Origin: Candidatus Saccharimonadota bacterium
GTDB lineage: Bacteria; Patescibacteriota; Patescibacteriia; 2-12-FULL-60-25
DNA length: 32,000 nt
NCBI GenBank assembly: GCA_963718585.1
Contig: OY970357.1
Location: 300,001 to 332,000 of the forward strand
Direction: 5' to 3'
The notes beneath the pieces are model-generated. The model ran no database searches. It was not told the origin of the DNA and worked only from the letters and a program-made list of their open reading frames with translations. The position numbers were made by a program, and so were the translations under genes. Below, piece after piece: positions 27,161-32,000 of the stretch (positions are counted from its first letter, which is position 1; each line of letters starts with the position of its first letter).

Positions 27161-27188
27161 CCGGCCCAACATTTATGGGCCGGTTTTT
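27161..27188 (+). terminator. rho-independent terminator ending the export operon
   Basis: Stem CCGGCCC / GGGCCGG (extendable with AA/TT) with a 9-nt loop, followed by TTTTT. Confidence 0.8.
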
Positions 27189-27189
27189 G

Positions 27190-27198
27190 TGATATCCT
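27190..27198 (+). promoter_or_regulatory. extended -10-like element TGATATCCT
   Basis: TGnTATCCT lies directly after the terminator. ATG 27206 follows the hexamer by 7 nt. Confidence 0.4.
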
Positions 27199-27205
27199 TC
27201 GGTCG

Positions 27206-28207
27206 ATGTTCATCAGATCTCTACGCATGAGATTCGTCGCTCTATTGGGAGCGATCGTTTTGGTCGGAGCTGGATGTGCGGCTCCCCAGACGGCAAGGAC
27301 CGATACGAGCCCGAAGATGCCCCGTTACGGGATCAGTCTGACGCCGAGATCCTTCCAGGGGAGTGATTTCACGGATTTCTTTTCGCAGGCAAAACAGGCG
27401 GGAGGGATCGTGCGATGGGCGGGCTCTGCGGATGAGCTTGCGGATCTCGATCATGGCGCGCCGGCGGCAACGGTCCAGTTGGCGGCTCAATACGGATTGA
27501 CGCCGGAGATCGATACGACACCGCTCAAGACCTTCTCATTGCCTCCTGCCTATGCGACGTCGAGTACGGAGCGAACCGCGCTCATCCAGCGGATCTCGGC
27601 GTTCGTTGCGCGCTACCATCCTCCGGTCCTCGGATTCGGCGGTGAGGTGAATCTGTTCGCGCTGAAAGAGCCTCAGAACGTGGATGCCTTCGTTTCGTTA
27701 TTTGATGACGTGGTCGCTGCCGTGCACGAGGCTTCTCCGCAGACAAAGGTCCTGGTCTCATTCCAGCTCGAGATGATGCGGGGTGGGGGAGGGTTGTTCG
27801 GCACATCGCATCCCGCGCAGTGGGATCTGCTCAAACGGTTCGATCACGCAGATCTCATCGCCTTCACAAGCTATCCCGGGTTGATCTACAAAGACCCCGC
27901 TGACATCCCGGATGACTATTACACATCATTGTCATCGCATACGGACAAACCGATGGTCATCGTCGAGTTGGGCTGGCAGGCGTCGACCGTCGTGGATGGA
28001 TGGGAGAGTTCTCCGGATACCCAGGCGCGCTTCCTCAAGCGTTTCGGTGAATTGACGAAGGGGACGCCGCTTCAATTCATCCTCTACGCGTATCTGTATG
28101 ATCAGCCGGTGGCGAAGCCGTTCAATACGATGGGGCTTTTCCAGAGCGATGGATCCCCACGGCCAGCCTGGCACGCGTGGCAAACTCTCGTCAGCCCGTC
28201 TTCTTGA
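27206..28207 (+). CDS. secreted lipoprotein, possible (beta/alpha)8 glycoside-hydrolase-like fold
   Basis: Signal with LVGAGC-AA lipobox-like end. The spacing of FGGEVNLF and a later VIVELGWQ resembles the acid/base and nucleophile Glu strands of clan GH-A enzymes. The functional call is weak. Confidence 0.5.
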   Translation: MFIRSLRMRFVALLGAIVLVGAGCAAPQTARTDTSPKMPRYGISLTPRSFQGSDFTDFFSQAKQAGGIVRWAGSADELADLDHGAPAATVQLAAQYGLTPEIDTTPLKTFSLPPAYATSSTERTALIQRISAFVARYHPPVLGFGGEVNLFALKEPQNVDAFVSLFDDVVAAVHEASPQTKVLVSFQLEMMRGGGGLFGTSHPAQWDLLKRFDHADLIAFTSYPGLIYKDPADIPDDYYTSLSSHTDKPMVIVELGWQASTVVDGWESSPDTQARFLKRFGELTKGTPLQFILYAYLYDQPVAKPFNTMGLFQSDGSPRPAWHAWQTLVSPSS

Positions 28208-28544
28208 ATCGGACGCTGAAGACCGGCTCGTAGGCTGTCTCGTTCTCGTCCATCAGTTCGACGGTCTCACCTTTCATCAATTTTGTCAGGACGATGTCTG
28301 AGAGCATTTCCTGATCGGATTCCAAACTTTGTTTGAATCGTTCAAGCTGTTCGAGCTCTGACGAGAGTTCGACGTCGAGCGCCGACTCGATCTCTTTTTT
28401 CTTCGCCCGAGCCGCTTCATATTCTTCGACGGCGTCCTGGTACGGTTTAGAATTCGCACGCGTTTCTTTGCGGATGTCCGCGACTTTCTTCCGTTCCATC
28501 TTGGTCTCGTTGATCCGTTTGAAGATCTCTTGGATGTCTTGCAT
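28191..28544 (-). CDS. hypothetical small coiled-coil protein (117 aa)
   Basis: The ATG at 28544 lies downstream of a minus-strand TGCTATACT box. The protein is a highly charged heptad-like helix followed by a short beta-like end, ETVELMDENETAYEPVFSVRFKK. The ORF-track start 28688 would overlap the divergent gene and precede the promoter. Confidence 0.5.
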   Translation of the reverse strand: MQDIQEIFKRINETKMERKKVADIRKETRANSKPYQDAVEEYEAARAKKKEIESALDVELSSELEQLERFKQSLESDQEMLSDIVLTKLMKGETVELMDENETAYEPVFSVRFKKTG

Positions 28545-28555
28545 AGGTGAGCGGG

Positions 28556-28564
28556 AGTATAGCA
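28556..28564 (-). promoter_or_regulatory. extended -10 promoter element TGCTATACT (minus strand)
   Basis: The reverse complement of 28556-28564 is TGCTATACT. The ATG at 28544 follows the hexamer by 11 nt. Confidence 0.5.
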
Positions 28565-28657
28565 AATGGGATCGTGTCACTGATGTGGAAATCTTCCGCT
28601 CATGCCAGCGAGCAGTGTATGATGTGGATGATACATCCATTGGATAGAGGAACTCGC

Positions 28658-29869
28658 ATGAAGTCAGCACTTGCGGCATACCGACCACGCCCCATCGATC
28701 TCGTCGATGGAGAGGGATGTTTTGTCACGGATACGCAGGGTAAACGCTATCTCGATCTGCTCGCGGGGTGGTGTGTCGGCAACGTGGGATGGAAGCGGAA
28801 AGAGGTCATTGAAGCGATCGAGCAAGAGGCCCGGAAAGGGGTCTATATCCCTCCATTATTCCGGAATAAGGCGCATGAGGAATTCGCGCAGATGCTCATC
28901 AAGCTTGCGCCCGGAGATCGGCTGACCCGGGCGTTCCGGTGTACGAGCGGATCCGAGGCCGTGGATTTTGCGATCAAGTTGGCGCGTGCAACGACCGGCA
29001 AACCGACGATCGTGTCGATCGACGGGGTCTACCACGGGCACACCTATGGCGCCGCATCGGTCGGGGACGCGTGTAATGACGCCATTGCCCCGTGCGTTCC
29101 GGACATGATCAAACTCCCGATGCCCACGGTCATGCGTGGACCGGATGAGGCGACGGTCCTGCAGGCCTTCGAGAGTCTTGTGCGGGAGCGAAAGGATATT
29201 GCGGCATTCGTAAGCGAGCCTGTGTGGTCGAATGGCGGAGTCTACGTTCCGTCGCCGGACTTCTATCCTCACATCCAGCGCATCTGCCGGGCAAATGGGA
29301 TCTTGTTCGTCATGGACGAGGTGGCCACCGGGTTCGGTCGTTGCGGTTCGCTCTTTGCGAGTGAGATCTGGGGGCTTGAGCCGGACATCGTATGCCTCGC
29401 AAAGGGCCTGACCGGCGGATACGGGACCACGGGCGCCGTCCTGACTTCAGAGAAGGTCTATGAAGCGGGCGATCGAGTAACACACTATTCGACATTCGGA
29501 TGGTTGGCGACGGATCTTGCCGCCGCCCGGGCGAATGTCAGCGTTATCCTGCGTGAACGGTTATGGGAGAATGCACATCAGGTCGGAGCGATCCTCATCA
29601 ACGCGCTCATGCCGTTGGAAAAGTCCAAGCATGTGGCAGAAGTGCGCGGGTGCGGGCTGCTGATCGGGGTCGATATCGTTTCCGATAAACGCACCAAAAA
29701 GCCGGACATCGCACGCGCGGTGAAGATCCAGGACGTGTGCGCGGATCTCGGCGTTCTCATTGACACGGCGGACCATGTGCTCTTCATCACGCCGCCATTG
29801 ATCCTGACTGAACAGCAGGCAGAAGAAGGGGCGGCCATTATCCGAAAAGCCGTGGATTCGGTCGCATAG
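28658..29869 (+). CDS. class-III PLP-dependent aminotransferase (acetylornithine/omega-aminotransferase family)
   Basis: GAGG lies 7 nt upstream of ATG 28658. Motifs: LDLLAGWCVGNVGW, SGSEAVDFAIKLAR, FVMDEVATGFGRCGSLFASE..GLEPDIVCLAKGLTGGYGTTGAV (PLP Lys in LAKG). Confidence 0.9.
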   Translation: MKSALAAYRPRPIDLVDGEGCFVTDTQGKRYLDLLAGWCVGNVGWKRKEVIEAIEQEARKGVYIPPLFRNKAHEEFAQMLIKLAPGDRLTRAFRCTSGSEAVDFAIKLARATTGKPTIVSIDGVYHGHTYGAASVGDACNDAIAPCVPDMIKLPMPTVMRGPDEATVLQAFESLVRERKDIAAFVSEPVWSNGGVYVPSPDFYPHIQRICRANGILFVMDEVATGFGRCGSLFASEIWGLEPDIVCLAKGLTGGYGTTGAVLTSEKVYEAGDRVTHYSTFGWLATDLAAARANVSVILRERLWENAHQVGAILINALMPLEKSKHVAEVRGCGLLIGVDIVSDKRTKKPDIARAVKIQDVCADLGVLIDTADHVLFITPPLILTEQQAEEGAAIIRKAVDSVA

Positions 29870-29882
29870 GCAGTCGTCCTCG

Positions 29883-29891
29883 TGCTATCAT
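29883..29891 (+). promoter_or_regulatory. extended -10-like element TGCTATCAT
   Basis: TGnTATCAT lies 14 nt after the aminotransferase stop. ATG 29898 follows the hexamer by 6 nt. Confidence 0.4.
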
Positions 29892-29897
29892 GAAGTC

Positions 29898-30044
29898 ATG
29901 ATGTACCCCGGTATGTGGGGATACGGAGGGGGCGGATTCGGTCTCGCGGGACTTGTCGCGTGGCTCTGGATCCTTGTTTGGACCGTGAACTCGGTCCTGT
30001 TCGGCGTCCTGCTCTGGGTCCTCATCCAAAAATACAAAAAATGA
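29898..30044 (+). CDS. hypothetical 48-aa small membrane protein (not in the supplied ORF track)
   Basis: Manual translation gives MMYPGMWGYGGGGFGLAGLVAWLWILVWTVNSVLFGVLLWVLIQKYKK: a Gly/aromatic N-terminus, one TM segment and a KYKK anchor. It lies between a -10-like box and a terminator hairpin. Confidence 0.45.
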   Translation: MMYPGMWGYGGGGFGLAGLVAWLWILVWTVNSVLFGVLLWVLIQKYKK

Positions 30045-30070
30045 CCGAACGGGATCTCTCGATCGGTCAT
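30041..30070. terminator. bidirectional terminator hairpin between convergent genes
   Basis: 8-bp stem ATGACCGA / TCGGTCAT. It is followed by TTTCTG on the + strand and by TTTTTTGTATTTTT on the - strand, which makes it the better terminator for the helicase gene. Confidence 0.6.
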
Positions 30071-30108
30071 TTCTGCATTCGTTCTATTCGTCTTTTAGGA
30101 TGACGGTT

Positions 30109-31332
30109 TTAGCGTCGACGCGGTCCACGGCGTGCAGGTGAGCGACCGCGGGAGTGAGAGGGTCCACTCTGGAGCTCATGTCGCGGGACTGGACGATGCG
30201 GGGGGAGATCCGGGAGTTCGGAGATCGGCAGATAGTTGCGTGTCAGTTTCTCGATCTCACGCACATCACGTCCCTGATCCGGCGTGGCAAAGGAGATGGC
30301 GCGACCTTCGCGTCCCGCGCGTCCGGTGCGTCCGATCCGGTGGACGTAATCATCTGGGTTGTCCGGAAGGTCGTAATTGATCACGAGCTCGATCCCGACG
30401 ACGTCGATGCCGCGCGCGGCGATGTCCGTCGCCACGAGGACGCGATATTTTCCGGTCTTGAATCCCTCGAGTGCATCGCGTCGTTGAGAGAGCGTCCGAT
30501 CCGAGTGGATGTCTGCGGCCGTATGGCCCATGACCTTCACGGCGCGGGCGATCTTTCTGGCACCATGTTTGGTCCGCGAAAAGACGAGTACCGTCCCGTG
30601 ATTCTCCTGCAGGAGTTTTTCGAGCAGGCGGAGCTTGTCCTCACGGCGGACGACGTAGATCTCTTGGCTCACCCGTTCTGCAGCCGTCCCGGCGCGCGCG
30701 ATCTCCACACGGACGGGAAGCTTCATGTATCCACGTGCGATCCCGACGATCTCCGCCGGCATGGTGGCGCTGAAGAGCATGGTCTGCCGTTCGGTCGGTA
30801 CGGATGTGAGGATCCGGTTGATCTGCGGCGCGAAGCCCATATCGAGCATGCGGTCCGCTTCATCCAGGACTAAGACCCGGACATCTTTGAGGCTCACGGT
30901 CTTTTGATCCAGATGATCGATGAGCCGGCCTGGCGTCGCCACGATGACGTGGGGATTGGCCTTGAGCATCTTGATCTGTCGATCCATGGACGCGCCGCCA
31001 ATGAGCACGGCGGTCCGGAGGCCGATCGATTTCCCGATCTTTTGGAAGACCTCCTCGACCTGCAGGGCGAGTTCTCGCGTCGGCAGGATCACCAAGCCGC
31101 GCCCCTTGGTCTGTGCAAGGCGCTGGATAAGCGGAATCCCGAACGCGAGCGTTTTGCCCGTGCCGGTCTGTGCGATACCGATCACATCCTTTCCTTCGAT
31201 CCCGATAGGAATGGATTTTTGTTGGATCGGCGTCGGTGTCTTAAATTGAAGCCGGTCGAGGATCTCGAGCAATTTCGGCGCGATGCCGAGCCCATAGAAC
31301 CCCTCCGGAAGTGGAGTGGTGTTGTTTGTCAT
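30109..31332 (-). CDS. DEAD-box ATP-dependent RNA helicase with Arg-rich C-terminal tail
   Basis: Q motif region FKTPTPIQ, AQTGTGKT, PTRELA, DEAD (VLDEADRM), SAT, HRIGRTGRAG. The start was set to Met 74 of the track ORF (MTNNTTPLPEGFYGLGI). The longer version would overlap the divergent gene and its promoter. Confidence 0.9.
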   Translation of the reverse strand: MTNNTTPLPEGFYGLGIAPKLLEILDRLQFKTPTPIQQKSIPIGIEGKDVIGIAQTGTGKTLAFGIPLIQRLAQTKGRGLVILPTRELALQVEEVFQKIGKSIGLRTAVLIGGASMDRQIKMLKANPHVIVATPGRLIDHLDQKTVSLKDVRVLVLDEADRMLDMGFAPQINRILTSVPTERQTMLFSATMPAEIVGIARGYMKLPVRVEIARAGTAAERVSQEIYVVRREDKLRLLEKLLQENHGTVLVFSRTKHGARKIARAVKVMGHTAADIHSDRTLSQRRDALEGFKTGKYRVLVATDIAARGIDVVGIELVINYDLPDNPDDYVHRIGRTGRAGREGRAISFATPDQGRDVREIEKLTRNYLPISELPDLPPHRPVPRHELQSGPSHSRGRSPARRGPRRR

Positions 31333-31480
31333 ACGAGAGTCAGTGACCCGGTCCTTCAGCGCCACTCGTATGACGGTCATGAGGCTCGAGCCTGCATCTC
31401 CACTCCTCCCGATTGGAGACAATCTGTACTCGACGGGGAGTATAGTTGGAAATAGCGGTTCTGTCAATGCCCGCACCGCG

Positions 31481-31509
31481 TTGACCAGAGGAGAAAAGAC
31501 GGGTACGCT
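31481..31509 (+). promoter_or_regulatory. sigma-70-type promoter TTGACC-N17-TACGCT
   Basis: The -35 element is at 31481-86 and the -10 at 31504-09. ATG 31518 follows the hexamer by 8 nt. Confidence 0.4.
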
Positions 31510-31517
31510 CGTCCAAT

Positions 31518-31952
31518 ATGTTGACCGAATTCGTGTCCATCCAGCTGTCACGAGAGGAGTTGAAGGAGCTGCACGCTGCGTTGCTCCAAAAGGCCATTGT
31601 CGAAGACGAGGTCCGGCAGGAGCGGGGGCAGGAACGCGTTGAACGGCGTGGTCTCCTCGAGCGCTTGGAGATGCTGCTGGGTGAAGGAGAAGATCGGCTT
31701 CAAGAGCTTGATCGTGAAACGGAGGACGAGTTGTGGGAATACGCCTGGTATGCGTACACGGACGAATGGGCCTGGTACCGCGCTGCGCAGGATGTGGAGG
31801 CCGAGGCTGGAAAGACGCTGGAAAAGGCCGAGTTCACCAAGCGGGTCGAGTTGCTGTATCAAAAGAAGTTCAACGAGTACATCGCAGAGATCGACATGCA
31901 CGAGGCCGCGAAGAAGCCCCGTGTGCCAAAGACCCAGAAAAGGACCTCCTAA
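31518..31952 (+). CDS. hypothetical acidic helical protein with Trp/Tyr-rich core (ELWEYAWYAYTDEWAWYRA)
   Basis: 144-aa ORF bracketed by a promoter-like element and a strong terminator. No family recognised. Confidence 0.5.
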   Translation: MLTEFVSIQLSREELKELHAALLQKAIVEDEVRQERGQERVERRGLLERLEMLLGEGEDRLQELDRETEDELWEYAWYAYTDEWAWYRAAQDVEAEAGKTLEKAEFTKRVELLYQKKFNEYIAEIDMHEAAKKPRVPKTQKRTS

Positions 31953-31985
31953 AAAAACATCCTGCCGTCATGGCAGGATGTTTTT
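31951..31985. terminator. rho-independent terminator (A-run / T-run flanked, potentially bidirectional)
   Basis: 9-bp stem CATCCTGCC / GGCAGGATG with loop GTCAT, flanked by AAAAAAA upstream and TTTTT downstream. Confidence 0.85.
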
Positions 31986-32000
31986 GACCTTGATGCGATC

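Noticed and set aside
30109-31551. ORF-track maximal starts for several genes: helicase 31551, aminotransferase 28547, coiled-coil 28688, cupin 2135, atpB 8995, atpE 9835, atpG 12436, permease 3288.
   Set aside because: - The extensions overlap neighbouring genes, promoters or terminators.
- They add non-conserved Arg/Cys/Ser-rich leaders.
- Internal ATGs coincide with the beginning of the recognisable family sequence.

Overview
GC-rich bacterial chromosomal window, densely coded on both strands. I recognised no rRNA, tRNA, CRISPR array, transposase or integrase. All family assignments come from reading the translations; no searches were run.

Gene order:
- ROK-kinase fragment and TreT-like trehalose synthase
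- CxxC-rich zinc-ribbon protein
- cupin, then a metal-type ABC ATPase and permease with no binding protein
- DoxX protein
- ferric-reductase-like membrane protein
- secreted peptidoglycan-binding protein
- DUF389-like membrane protein
- FAD-linked oxidase
- complete F-type ATP synthase operon: atpZ/I-like, a, c, one b-delta fusion, alpha, gamma, beta, short epsilon
- 1170-aa secreted beta-helix protein with a C-terminal peptidoglycan-binding domain
- MFS transporter
- lipoprotein
- small orphan transcription unit
- cluster of ECF sigma, putative anti-sigma, small beta-domain protein, very long HlyD-type adaptor, MacB-type ATPase, FtsX/MacB permease, and a second small beta-domain protein
- glycosidase-like lipoprotein
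- small coiled-coil protein
- class-III aminotransferase
- 48-aa membrane ORF absent from the ORF track
- DEAD-box helicase
- acidic Trp/Tyr-rich protein

Main second-look items:
1. The ATP synthase has a non-canonical stalk and regulatory parts.
2. The ECF-sigma-linked MacAB-like export cluster has a ~335-aa helical insert in its adaptor and is bracketed by two paralogous small proteins.
3. An extended -10 motif (TGnTATAMT or TGnTATCnT) recurs, in several cases 6-8 nt upstream of ATG, which suggests leaderless mRNAs.
4. An ECF-type promoter drives a small ORF that sits between two terminators.

The protein architectures suggest an uncultivated small-genome lineage (CPR/Patescibacteria-like). 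That is inference only.
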